Of a stretch of 61,438 bases of DNA, positions 1 through 12,727 are shown in pieces. Under the pieces are notes generated by a model, which was given only the letters and a program-made list of their open reading frames with translations, ran no database searches and was not told the origin of the DNA. Position 1 is the first letter of the stretch. Every line of letters begins with the position of its first letter. Source of the stretch: Hydrolagus affinis (taxonomy: Eukaryota); the NCBI GenBank assembly GCA_012026655.1, contig JAAILG010001811.1, positions 1 through 61,438 on the forward strand, in the 5' to 3' direction. The position numbers and the translations under genes are program-made.

Positions 1-547
1 AACAATACCAAATGTTTCAGGTAGCGAATATTCTGATTAAAGTTTGCTGGAAGTAAACTCATGCTGTCCATGTTCTGAAACAACACATTCTTATTCATTT
101 AATATCAGCATTGAGCATATGGTGAAACAGGACATTTAAATCCACATAATCTTTTATCTTTGCTGCACGATTTGCAGGATTCTAGAAACTAAAATTGATT
201 TACATGGTTTTCCCTGCATTATGCTGACATTTAAGGTATTCTAAGTTGATCCAGCTCTTTTCCTGGTGATTTTGATTGAATTATAATCTTTTCTGTGGTA
301 ATCTATTATTGAATCTGGAGGCAAAGATGGTCTTTTAACTCAAGACTATCATCTGATTTGCTTCAATAGCATTGCAGTGGTTAGAACCTGGACTGTTAAA
401 ATTGATATCGCCCAGTCTTTTCAGTCTTCATTTGTACAGATCACCTTCATAGTTGCTCTCTTTACCTTCATTCCTTACCACGTTCAGCAGAAACTTTGGC
501 TGAACTTTTCCCTTCATCCTACGATGCTGAAACCATTCATACTGCCC

Positions 548-660
548 TTTATGCCAGGGGTAAAGTCAGCTAATTCAGCACAAAACAGGTATTAAACCTG
601 GGAGCTTCCAAGTCTATATGGCTCAACAATTCACTCAATAAACTCGATGAACGATTAGAG
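548..660 (-). mobile_element. Ancient tRNA-derived SINE head remnant
   Basis: Minus strand reads gagccatatagacttggaagctcccaggtttaatacctgttttgtgctgaattagctga, with a degenerate B-box. Related traces occur near 16800-16895 and 25140-25200. Confidence 0.35.
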
Positions 661-1157
661 AAACTCACTAACATTAACACAAAATCAGTATGCTGCTATC
701 ATTTCTGAACTGTGATTTGGTTACAATGCTGTTCTTTCTGCTTAACATCCATTATCATTTACGTATTTTCAACATGGTATTAAATATTTTGAAATTAGAG
801 TTTTTTAAACCTACATCACAGTTTTTTTTAGAATAAACAACAAATCATTTTTCTCGATGTTAAATGACAGCCCATGTGCACACATTTAAATTCTGCAAAA
901 ATGCATTCATGGGAAATGATTCTGCTGCTCAAAGGCCTTTGGCTATTGTATGAAAGTGCAGAAATTATAGCTCCGTAAGGATTTAAAAAAAACGGAGCGT
1001 TCTGAAGCAACAATGATTGGGTGGTAAGAAAAATTGTATGGACAAGAAGCACCAGATCTTTTTTGAGTGGGGAGAGATATATACTTTGACTGCAATAACA
1101 ATGGAACATTGCACATTCAGTTAAGATGTGACTTTCAAATAGATAAGTTAAAGAATT

Positions 1158-1505
1158 AACCTTGCATTTGATATAGCACTGTATCACACCAAAGCATTGC
1201 AAAGGGGCTTCACAGGGGATTTCATTCTCTGTAAAGTGTAACTTGCATTTATAAGCAAACTAGTAGCTCATCTTGCACAAACCTAATGTGCCATGACCAG
1301 CCAAGAAGTAAATGAGTAACTTAACTGGAGGATTGTTGGCCAGAACACAAGGTGAAAGTCTCTTAAAATTTTGAGTAATGACATGGACTCATTTAACATC
1401 CAGCTGAACAGATAGACGGGACCTCGGTTTAATGTCTCATCTGATGAATGGTACTTTTGACAATGCAGTTCCCCCACTATTGTGCTGGAATGTCAGTCGA
1501 GACCA
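1158..1505 (-). mobile_element. DeuSINE/SacSINE1-like SINE, decayed, with adjacent tail fragment
   Basis: Minus strand has gcattgtcaaaagtaccattcatcagatgagacattaaaccgaggtcccgtct, the Deu-domain core as recalled. Tail motif cttgcattt occurs at ~1161 and ~1242. Confidence 0.7.
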
Positions 1506-1894
1506 CGAGTTTTTACTGTACCTTCCACAGTGTGAGCAAATTGCTTCCCGCTGTGCACCAAATGGTCATTTAAAAGGTCTTGGCAGTCCAATGGGCTACC
1601 AATGAGCTTTCAAGGAACTTTTTTAATGTTTGCAAAGAGTCAGTTGCATGACCATTGTGTTGATGGAGAAATCCGACATCAGATGCTAGTTTAACTATCT
1701 GACGCGATGACAAAAGCAGCATTAATCAGACTAGCTCCACATCACTCCACTGCTGGATGTCTGATAACTGGAAGTAATTCACGCTGATGCATTGCACTTT
1801 AGCTTTGTTGCAATCTACTTACAATGTGGAGATCCACTGGGTTAACATTGTATATTGCAAGTTAGTCCTCGATATGTGGCTTCACTAATAAGAA

Positions 1895-2095
1895 ATTATA
1901 GCTTAGGAGGAAGCCATTAGGACTGTCAATGCTATACAGGTGCCAATGCTTTCACTTAAATCTCAATTCTCTGTTCTTTCCTCACACACTTTTATGTTTC
2001 TGTTCCAATCCTTATCGAATACGCAATTTAAATGCTGTCATGGTCTAGAATTATGCTGTATTAATTCACATTCTAAAGGTCTAATAAATTCTATG
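1895..2095 (-). mobile_element. Degraded CR1 LINE 3' end
   Basis: ggaggaagccattagg resembles the reverse CR1 tail seen more clearly at 42170-42200. Confidence 0.35.
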
Positions 2096-3877
2096 GGAAG
2101 ATAATTAGAAAAGAGCAGGGGAAGATCATCATTTTTCAAGGTAGACAGTGAATCTGGAAGCCTCCCTACCACCAAATAACAGACCAGAGGAGCTTGTTTG
2201 TCTGAGTTAACAAAGATATGGTTCAAAACACTATAAATTTAAAAACAGTTCACATTGAGCGAACATTCCAGTGGGAGGCCCCCATTGCTGGATTCATTCC
2301 GACTTTTACCACTTCCATCTATGTTGCCCGCAGGGCATAACCTCCAACATTTCTTGTCTGTTTTGAAAACAACAAAAAGGTCACAACTGTTGGTTTGGAT
2401 CGTTTTGCCACGTTTCCTCATACAAAACTTCAACAAATTTGTATTTCACTGGCTGAGACATGGGCAGAAAATCCATTCTCTAACAAGCCCACACAAACAA
2501 AATGTGCAGAAGTCTTACAGTGCAGCACTGTTCACGAGTGCTAATGGTGTTAATAAGACCACACAAAGGCTACTTCTGCTGTGTTTCCACCAACTGCAAG
2601 TTTAGTTTGTTTTTCATCTTCAATTTGTGCCGGCATCTGATACTTGATTTTACTCAGATGAAGGCTATTCACCAACGGGTGACACTAAAACCAAGGCTTT
2701 GTGTGCCTGTTTGGTTGGACTTTAAACAAAAAAAACGATGTTGCGCTATTCAATAAGGAAAGGGAGCTTCTCCAGTTAAATTGATGGTTTAATAGCGGTC
2801 TTCCATCGAAGGCTTTACTCAGTGGTGACTATTTTCCGGGTGTTATATACAATGCAGCCAAATGGGAGAATTGAAATGCCCTAGTTGAATGCACCAGGCT
2901 TTTTTAAAAAAATTTATCCTGTGTTATTCATGTTAAAGGTTGTTCTAATTCCATTTCTCATCTTCCCCAAACTGGAAATGTGTGAAATAAACAAATTAAT
3001 CACCACACTGGCTGACCTCTCACCAAGCTAATCTTATGACTGTAGGTTGCTGACATCTCTAACAAAGAAGGAATCAGTGGCTTTTTAACTAGGTTTTTTC
3101 CCAACAACCGAACAATTGTAAAACATGTTTCTTATTAAGCTGGATAAAAAAACATCCAGGTGTAGAGCACATCTTATGTAAAAGAGGCTATTCAAAGAAA
3201 TGCAGCAGAGATCCATTTATTATGTAAAGCCAAGTCAGCTTCAGTTGAACTCTGTCATGTCATATTACGGTTCTTACATTCGCACCAAGCTGCACGCACT
3301 GAAATCTAAATCAGTTAACAATGAATCTAACTATGATAAGTAATATATGGTAATGAAATAAACTGAATTAATTAAATATGCAGTAATGTAGTCTCGTGAA
3401 TTATCATACATGCCCTTTATGGCCCTTATTTCTTCTTACTTGTTGAATTAATGGAGGTTTCTTGTGTGATCTTACATGCCCTTTATTTCCCGCATGCTGC
3501 CTTGCCTGTTGAAGAAGCATTTGTACAATACACATTTGTAATTCGATTATCTGGCATTATGAAACAGTCGTGCAGTGGGCTACTTTAAAATGCCACTTGC
3601 AAAGAAGTCTGCAATCCAAAAGGAAATTTGTAAAGTGAACTCTGTGCAGACAGCAAACAAAAAAATAAAATGACAATCATCTATCTCTGCTGGCAGAACA
3701 CTAAGCAGAGTTTGTGCATTGCTTTTCACATGGTGCTAGTGGATGTATGAGACTTGATACAAATCCGACAGGGATTGTAGATGCCCATGCTACAGTAAAT
3801 TGTTTAACTTTTGCATCCTTCTAGTTGAGGTATTCACTTTCACAATGTATATAATATAATATACGTATGTATATAAT

Positions 3878-3970
3878 CAGTTAATTCACTTTGGGCTATA
3901 TTCTGTGAAACGCTTTGAGACATCGAGAGACGTGAAAAGCGCTACATCAAATGCAAGGATTATTATTATA
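3878..3970 (+). mobile_element. tRNA-SINE 3' fragment
   Basis: tattctgtgaaacgctttgagacatcgagagacgtgaaaagcgctacatcaaatgcaaggattattatta matches the tail of the full copies. Confidence 0.9.
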
Positions 3971-5326
3971 AATACTCCTACTGAAATGTTACATATTTCT
4001 CCCCTACTGGGCTTAGTTTATAACTGGGAAATGAGAGGGAGTACCAGTATTGCATTAAGGTATTGCGATCTCCATTTTTATGAGTTGCTATATAATGGAT
4101 TGTCACGAGCAACAATCCTGGGTCAACTCAGCCCTCGGACTGTAGGCATATCGTCAAACTTGAGACAAGAGAAGGCTCTCAGCCCTCACATGAGTGGGTA
4201 CAGCGAACTGTGCTCGAAAGCCTGCATATAAAACAACACCATCCATAGTTAAAGAGCTGCCAGCATATTACCCTCTGCTTTGTGGTTTACTGCCACTTTG
4301 GTGCATAATTAATACTCTGATGTATCATATTGGAAAGGCAACAAATGTCCTTTTTAATCTGTTTTTTTTGTGGACACTGGCAAGTTTACATTAAAATCAT
4401 TTATATGGATTGGAATTTCAGTGTTGATCCCCCGTCTGCCTTTTATTGGTTCTGTCAAAAAGGTTGATTCATTCAGTGCCAAGCTAAAGTGGTTGAAGAG
4501 TTGTAATTGTACAGTTATTTAAAAAAGCACGTTTTAAACTTCCAAAAGATTAAATCAATGATTTAGATCAGTAGTTACAATCTCATTCCAGATAAACATT
4601 TAAATCTGCTGCCTATATTTACAATTGTTTTCATCTGTTTGCTGTCTGAGAGCTGGTTGCAGCAGTAAGTATCCAAAAGAAATGTGTTAAATACAGATTC
4701 TAAACTGCAGTTTCAGCAACAAATTCAGATTTGACATGGATTGACAGCTTTTTCGCTTACACAGCATAGTGCTTGAATGTTGTGTAATTAGATAGCTTGA
4801 AATGTTAGCAATCTTCCACCTCCCCAGGCATGTTTTTACCTCCTCCAGTAAAATCTGATTTGAAAGAGGCTGGTAAGACAGGCTAACTGAGATTGCACTA
4901 GCCTCTTGCCTGCAATACACTTGGCTCAGACTTGTGATATTAGACCATCTGGTGTTTATTTGAATTGAAGGCTGCAGTTTAGCGCAAACCATATTTGAAT
5001 CAAAACTAAATCCAGACCGCAATATAAATGTGGATCTGCAACTACCAACAAAGACAGACCTTCCACATAATGCTCCTGGAAATCAACAAACAGAAAGTAA
5101 CATAAAACAGTATGTGCATAAGATATTGTTAGCAAGCAGAAGGTTATCGAAGTAAATAAGCATCTGCCTTTGTTCAGTTGACATATAGTAAATGGTTTTG
5201 ATACCCAGATGTCCCCAGATTTACTTAACATGCTTTAATAAATTCAAAAATAAACCATGACCCTTCAAGATGCCAGATTTTCTTCCTTTCTGCTGTGAAT
5301 CAAAATGTAATGGATCGATTCATTTT

Positions 5327-5654
5327 TAATCCTTGCATTTGATATCGCGCTTTTCACATCTAATCGACATCCCAAAGCGCTTCACAGAATGTACTGTAAA
5401 TTCAATTGACTGTATATTTGTGGGCGAATCGCAGCAGCCAATTGCGCACAGCAGTGTCCCACAAACAGTCGTGGATTGAAATGACCAATTTTACTATTGT
5501 GTTTTTTTTTGGAGGGATTATTATTAGGCATGTGGAGTAAGGAAACTTGCCCAAGGTTTCGCCCTGACCTGCCTGGATTCGAACATAGGTCTCCCCAGCT
5601 TGGTCTCCCCAGCTTGCAAGACAAGTGCTCTAACCACTAAACCACCGGAGCTCC
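5327..5654 (-). mobile_element. Full-length tRNA-derived SINE (SINE2-1_CM-like)
   Basis: Minus strand begins ggagctccggtggtttagtggttagagcac (A-box) and has gttcgaatcc (B-box). Body and tail are collinear with the copies at 37083, 38541 and 49584. Family name is from recall. Confidence 0.92.
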
Positions 5655-6027
5655 ATTTTGACTTGCACGAGAAATTCCTGCACTTTCTTCCTTTAAGAGT
5701 ATTGTATTGCTGCTCCTTCACATGTGCAATTTTGTGGGATTTGGAGATGTTTTGGCCAGCAGTATTATTGTTCATGTTTTGTAGATGGACTTCCTTACTG
5801 TGAAATGTGCCCTTGACCACTTTCTGCATGTGTAGAGATTGTTTTCAAACACAGTCACTACAGTTCTCGGTCAACATCCCTTATCCACTGTTGTCTGCAA
5901 TTCTGCTCTCTGGCATCTCAAATGCTGCCACTGAGCCCCGGTAGTTTGTCTTAAAATTTAAGATAGTGCACAATTGCAGAAAATTCTTAACTTCAGTCTG
6001 AACCAAAAGAGGTAATTCACACCCTGG

Positions 6028-6150
6028 CTGTTTGTGGGGTGTTGCTGGTGCACAAATTAGCTTCCACATTAGTCCACAAAATACAGTGGGCTGTGTGTGT
6101 GTATGTCGCATCACTTTTGAGTGTAATGCTGTTAAGTGATCTGAGACGTT
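6028..6150 (+). mobile_element. Decayed SINE 3' fragment
   Basis: tgtttgtggggtgttgctggtgcacaaattagct...gagacgtt aligns with the SINE 3' half. Confidence 0.65.
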
Positions 6151-6151
6151 T

Positions 6152-6196
6152 CAACAACATGACAACAACAGATTATATTTGTATGGCGCCTTTCAC
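6152..6196 (-). mobile_element. L2 LINE 3' tail stub
   Basis: acaacaacagattatatttgtatggcgcctttcac matches the tail at 56618-56691. Confidence 0.7.
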
Positions 6197-6399
6197 TACA
6201 TTGTTAGTAATTTCTTCCAGAATTGTGAAAAACGACTTTCAAATTGAGACTTAGTTTAAGAATTTTACACAGTTTTGCACTATCCTGAATATCAAGATCT
6301 TACAAACTAAGAAAATTAGAGGGTATTACAAGCCTCTAATGTTTTCATTTCTACAATGAAGCCAACGACCTGCAGAATGCCTAGAAATTAAACCTTACT

Positions 6400-6484
6400 C
6401 TTCACAATAATATACATCCTGTGAAGCATTTCAAATCATTCTCTGGATGTGAAAGGCGCTGCATCAAATGTAAGGATTATTATT
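6400..6484 (+). mobile_element. SINE 3' fragment
   Basis: ctgtgaagcatt...gatgtgaaaggcgctgcatcaaatgtaaggattattatt. Confidence 0.75.
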
Positions 6485-8029
6485 GTCAATGATAGTTTGC
6501 GCATCTATTTAAATCCTAGTTTATTCCTGGTAAAGAATTTTAATCAACCTTGTACTGTACTTACATTTAATGTAACTATTGGTTTGGTTGCATGTTAACT
6601 TGTCTGGAAATTGTTGTACATTGGACAGTAATAGAATTCTCAAACTGTACTGCTACACCGATACACATCTCAGCAAATGACATGCCCTAATACAAATGTA
6701 TTAAAGAATCAAATCTGCATGAAATTCCTCTGACATACTTTAAGTATCTCTGAAAGGTCTGTGTAATTGTAATTGCATTCCATCTTAAATGTTGCAAGGA
6801 TGTCTTGGTACACCATATGGTGATTTATAACTCATCCATTTGTTCACCAATGTCCCTGCGTGTCCACAGCACATGTTGTGAAACTTACTGCACGTGTTTA
6901 TCGAAATTTAAACAAACCTCCAAAGATAGTCTCAATGGACAAGAGCCCATTCTAATGGAAAACAATGCTTTTGCGCCATTTGGGTGTAATTGGCACCCTT
7001 CTCATTGGGTGCTTTCGGTACAGTTCATTTCCACAATGTATGTGTACTTTCACATTGCAAATCCAGCAGGGGAAAATAGGGATCGGTGAGCCAATGGACC
7101 TTCTCTTGTGTCTTTCTGAACTTGACACAATTTTCCCCTCCATGAGTAGTGTATGTACATCAGCAATGCACACAAGTCACGTAAGAGGAAAATAGACATA
7201 GGCGTGTCTCACAGCCCAATGCTTGATCACACATTTCCTCTGCAGATCAGGGCAAACAGTGCTGAAATAATAAAGGCAAATTCACTCAGGCTTCACTTCT
7301 TCACAATCTATACTTTACTGAACACAAGCAAAGACTTAATGGAAATTTGGATGCAGATCATGTTGCAAAAACTGATTGGTAGAATACAGACAGACAGAAG
7401 CTGCACACATGCCTTGTGATACAAGCTGAAGTGATATTTATCAACCATTTGCTACCACGAATCACAGAGGTGTAACTTGATTATATTACAAAGTAAAATG
7501 AGTGAATTGCGAAGCGTCTCTTAATTCACAGTATTCAGTGGATAAACAAAATACTTGTAATCTCGTTAATCTTTATTTTGCTGCCACAATGCAAGCAGGC
7601 TTCTTGAAAGCTTGATTTAATCATTATCTGAGAAATTGTCAGTTGGTTGTGTATGTAACAGTTATATCCCAATATTATGAGTACATAATACATAATACAT
7701 GTAAGTTTCTGATTGATCTGAATTATCTGGAAATTTGCATTTGAGGTTTACATGAACTGCATTTCATATTCTCCTAATTTTCCCATATCATGCTTTTAAA
7801 AGCAGAACAGAGAAGCAAAAAAGCTCGACTTTGATTCGTTGATTGGCAGGTACTGATAACCAATACTTGAGATTTGTATATACAAATATAAATTGGGGCT
7901 TACTTGTATTGAGTTAATGCCACATAATGGATGCACAAAGCCCCCAGCTGTGCAGTGTTGAAACCTGCAGTTCTCTATCCAGCCGATAGAATTGTGGTTA
8001 CATATTCATGCTGATATCCTTTCTACAAC

Positions 8030-8389
8030 AATAATAAATTGGTCTTTTGATCAACAACTGCTACTGTGTGCAATTGGCTGACACATTTCGCCTGCAAAAC
8101 ATACAGTCAATTCACTTTACAGTATATTCTGTGAAGCGCTTGGAGACATCTAGAAGATGTGATAAGGCACCATATCAATAATAATTTATATTAATAAATG
8201 TAATAATCAAGTGCAACAATTACTATTAAAGTGGTTTTCAAAGTACATTTGAGGTGCTGTATAAAATGAAAGTATCTACTTTCACCCACAAATATACAGT
8301 CAATTCACTTTACAGTATATTCTGTGAAGCACTTTGAGATGTGAAAAGCGCTATATCAAATGCAAGGATTATTTTATTTATTTTTATTA
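8030..8389 (+). mobile_element. Two tandem SINE 3' fragments (8030-8190 and 8279-8389)
   Basis: atacagtcaattcactttacagtatattctgtgaagc is present identically at ~8101 and ~8294, each followed by a tail. Confidence 0.85.
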
Positions 8390-9071
8390 CCATATGTATA
8401 TGTATATATCTATTACTAGAGCTCTCGTAAAGTGACATCTGTTTTTACGATCTGGATTGAAAGGATCCATTCACATATCAGTTGTGAATGTAGGTGCTCT
8501 CCAGCTTTTGGGAACTGGAAAGCAAAACAACTTGGCAGCTTACCCATCGTTTGCTGATTCATCACAAGTTGTCTTGTTTCTTTTTTGCTCCACTTTAACC
8601 TGTGCTTTTGGGACCACTTCCCTATTCCACTAAAACCTACAGGTTGCTTCTGAAGATTGTTCTATTATTCCTCATTGATGTCTTTACACAGGTTGATGGT
8701 AGGCTCAACCAGGTTAACTCACAAAGAGTGCGCAGCTCGCTGTGAAAGATCGTATATTAAGAATGCTTAGTTGAAATACTGGAAGGCAACATGGAAACAA
8801 GAAACCTTAAAACATAAATATACCGTAGTTGCTAATTAATCTAATTGGCAATCCGGAGAGACAGGGAGGAAAAGGAATGGAGGGGAGGGGATTTAAAAAA
8901 AAATAAGGATACAGTAGCACAAAGACAAAGGGACACTAATGTTTTTTGCAATGATTCCATGCAATTGACCACAACTTATAATATTGTGATTAAAAATGAT
9001 TTATCTATTGGTCTTTCACTTCATGGCTGTTTGTCAGATATCGTCAAATTGTTGCATTAGTATGCAAGTAT

Positions 9072-9130
9072 AGTCCAAGGACTTTGAGACACAGCATGAA
9101 GGGCGCTATATAAATGGAAGTTGTTGTTGT
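9072..9130 (+). mobile_element. L2-type 3' tail
   Basis: tgaagggcgctatataaatggaagttgttgttgt. Confidence 0.65.
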
Positions 9131-9697
9131 AGTTTGAGAACTCTTAATGACATAATAAGGCTTTATCAAATGTAAAGGTTATTATTCTACCACCACAACA
9201 AAATTACATTAATACAGCACCTTTCAGAATGGTTTTATCCTATTCTAATCCCTTCCAAGAATGCAACTTAGATAATTAGCAAGTGGTGAATTGAGAACTT
9301 GTCTCGAAGTAAACACTTCCAAAATTAGATTCATTAACTGTTGTGTGGATTTATGTTTTAAGGTTTTGTTGCTTACAAATGCAAATTGATCCCTTCCCTT
9401 TTCTCCTGGGCAAATAACCTTAATTTGTCTTCCTCGACAATCTATTAAATCAAATGTAATCAAATGTTCAACTGTTCCATATAATTTCAGATTTATTCCA
9501 TGGAGGGAATGGATCTTGCTCTAAATCAATGCAGATACAACACAGGCTTGACAGGTGAGGGGTTTGGTCTAAACTCCTTCAAGGTTAACAAGCAGAGGAA
9601 TGAAACATTGCAGGGATCAAACAGGTGTTCCGTGACATGTTGAATGTGTTTTTGCCAGTTCCTGTATTATATTCCTCCTCATCCTCCTGTCCAAAGT

Positions 9698-9762
9698 ACA
9701 ACAATAAAAAGAATTACATTTGTAAAGCACCTTTCACATCGGGAGGATGTCCCAAGGTGCTG
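9698..9762 (-). mobile_element. L2 LINE 3' tail
   Basis: attacatttgtaaagcacctttcacatcgggaggatgtcccaaggtgctg, same family as 22670, 56618 and 61298. Confidence 0.85.
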
Positions 9763-11874
9763 CAAACCCTGTAAATCTGGATCCCTAGCCAGTTGCTATC
9801 CTGAATCTGAGCCAAGTTTTACATGTAAAGGCCATCATCTGTTTCATAATTGTTCAACAAATAAAGCTGAAATTAGTCCCCAGAAAGCGCCACTGTTTTC
9901 ACAGCCCGCAAAATCACAGGAAGAAATTAGGAGAAAAATTGTTAGTGTTGGTTCCACTCCTTTGGCATGCATTGCCAAACATAATCTGATTGACGGGCTG
10001 GAGTTTCAGTGACATAAAAACAAAAAAAGTGATTGCTTTAAATGAATTCCTACGACGACAAGGATTTCATTTGCAACTCTTGCTGGAGCTGTTTATTGTG
10101 GTTAGCACAATTGATTTTGAGCCCTAGCAAATTATGGCACATATAAAATAGCACTTGCAATAGAGCTATTCTGAAAGTGGTTGATCAAAGCAGTCAAGCG
10201 TGTTCATGTTAAATCCTGTATGTGATTTGTAGGAGTCTGTTGCAGGCTGTAATAGAATCTTGAGTTCATGATGATTGTAGGAAGCAGTCGAGCTTTAATC
10301 TTAGGGGTTTTGCTAGTCACTGGAAATTCCTGTGATTGTGTTGCAACCTTATCACACACTCTTGACCCCCTTTATTATCTGTGTTACAATTGGGCTTATT
10401 TCCACAATGAAAATTGGTAATTGGAGTTCTGTGTGTATTGCTGAGTGCGGTGATCACCCAGTCATGTTAAGGGGGCAGCAGGAAAGGGATTAAATATCCC
10501 ATTCCTAATCAAATTGCCCCAGGGTTGTTTAAAAGGGGGCAACAAAAACTGCTCTGCAAATATGTAGTGAAACACACGTCAGAACTCTCATTGGTGAGTT
10601 AAGGAACTGGCTCTTTTATATCAAATACTCAACCTATGAAAGATATTTTGACCATACAGGAATACAATTTTCCAGCATCTGCAGTACATTGCCTTTTGCT
10701 TAAGAATTAATTTTGTTCATTTGTGGATATCAACTGAAACTGTATCTCCTGCTGTTTTATTAACAACTCTTCCACCCCCCGGAGGCAACAGTGCAAATCA
10801 AGGCACCGCCAACCCCTCCTCCTCCTCCTGTAATTGATTTGGGGGCTCGAGTGTGATTTGGCAGCTCAGCACAGATTTATACTGGACTTTTCATGACAAT
10901 TTGTCAGAGAAATTGTGAAAATTGCAGTGTATGAAACTTCCATTAGCGCTGAATTAGGGAAGGTCACACAGTGAGCTGCAATGTAAAGAACATTAGAACA
11001 TGTTCTATGTTCAAATCCATTGACGCCTGATGAAAAGAACATCTTCCCCTCTCCCTAACATCTGTAAATGTTCAATCCTTGATTTCCTATCATACAAAAC
11101 TACCTCTCAGGCACTTTGAAACATCCTTCTAATTGGGAAAGGTCCTCCGTGAATGCATATACTATAGGATTTCTGACTTGAATAGCTACAAGCAAGTAAT
11201 ATAAGGTATGGAAGTAGCACACGGGTATATACAATGAAGAATGTTCTAAATTTGGAGGTGAAGACACATTTTTGAGACAATGTAGACGGACTTGATATGA
11301 AGCTGAGATATTGTAATGTTGAGCCTTGTTTTGAAGGTTCCTCGCACTTAGAAGATCCATTCCTTGGACTTACAACTTTAATTTAGTCCTAAAATTTTAA
11401 AATGCTAAAAAAAATGCATCAATTTAGTGATCAATGTGTGGAGTGTAACAATCTTTACTGACAACTCATGTTATTTATATACATTTAAAAATAAAAGTTG
11501 GTTAATTCATGTTTTATACACTGAACAACGGAACACTTCATACAGTGTGACTGAAACAATAAGGAACTTAGATTTGATCCTATTTATTTTAATTAGCAAG
11601 AATTTCCTTCAGTTTTCATACTCTGGAGGCTGATTTTGTCAGAAACACTCCTTACTGTGTTTCATTGGCTATGGTATTAATGCTCTATTTAAATGCATTT
11701 TATGCAGAACCAAACCTGTTAAAATGCTAATTGCTTGTTCTTTCTTCAAAAGAAAAATCTATACAAGTTTAACAATTTAATTGTTCTACTCTTGGTTTGA
11801 CTGCAAAGTGGCTATTGGTATTTTATAGTTTTCAAAATCATCTTTACAGATGATGAGTCTAATGCTGATTTAAA

Positions 11875-12155
11875 TTTCAGCCACTGTGCCCCAAATCACT
11901 GGAACTCCCAGCCTCAATGCTTCCACCTTGCTCCCTGTTTACCAATCTTCAAATCGCACCTGAAGAGTTTCCTCTACAGTCATACTTTTGGTTGTTACCA
12001 TACAATTTCACTTTTCTCTTCTCCCTTGTGGCCTTATCATGTCTTTGAGACAACCAACCTATCTTCCCTTTCCAAATCGGCATTGAACCGTACTGCTGTT
12101 AAGTACTCCAAAACTCTAGCCACGTGAAGATTCTTGTGTAAGTGCAATTGTTGTT
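11875..12155 (+). mobile_element. Old L2 LINE, ORF2 C-terminus plus 3' UTR
   Basis: Translates as F-S-H-C-A-P-N-H-W-N-S...F-K-S-H-L-K-S-F-L, the L2 aP..WNsLP...FK..LKT.LF motif. Ends in a ttgttgtt tail. Confidence 0.7.
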
Positions 12156-12330
12156 TATCTGGTTAAATGAACAGTAGTAATAAATCAGACTCCATTAATC
12201 CACATCATACATTACAGAGATGGTAGTTTGAACATTCTTGATAAAATACATGCTTGCTCAAAGATGCAGATTGCTTCTGAATCAATGAATGGAATAATTA
12301 AGTTTTATTGTTTAATACTTCAATTTGAAT

Positions 12331-12727
12331 GTCAGACTTGCTCAGTTGGTAGCACTCATGCATCTGGGATCAGATGGTAGTGGGTTCAAGCCATATGTCA
12401 GGAATTCACATTTCAATGCACTGCTGGGGGTGCTCTGCATTTTAGAGGTGTCAGCTTGGATGAAACATTAAACTGAGATATTGTCTGTCTGGTCAGGTGG
12501 AAATAAAAACTCCCACAACATTACTTGAGAAAAGAAAGGAGTTTCTCCTAGTGTCCTTGCCAACAGTCGCTGAGATAAAATTGGTCACTCACTATTTGTT
12601 AACCGCAAATTGGCTGTTGCTTTTGCCGGCATCAGACAGTCACTCCACTCCACAGGAAATCCTATGAAGCACGTTGAGACATCCCCTGATGTGAAAATTC
12701 CTATGCAGAATGCAAGGATTATTATTA
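12331..12727 (+). mobile_element. Near-full DeuSINE/SacSINE1-like SINE
   Basis: Has a tRNA-like head (gctcagttggtagcac...gggttcaagcc), a Deu core (ggatgaaacattaaactgag...caggtgga) and the tail aatgcaaggattattatt. Confidence 0.8.

Noticed and set aside
4118-4137. ctgggtcaactcagccc resembling the MetaSINE domain
   Set aside because: The match is too short and does not extend.
4700-4982. Inverted 11-mer ctaaactgcag/ctgcagtttag as MITE ends
   Set aside because: Similarity decays quickly and no target duplication is visible.
10665-10700. Penelope-like terminal motif (tttccagcatctgcagta) and a possible hammerhead ribozyme
   Set aside because: Only ~30 nt of resemblance, and none of the ctgatga sites inspected is followed by a stem and gaaa forming a hammerhead core.
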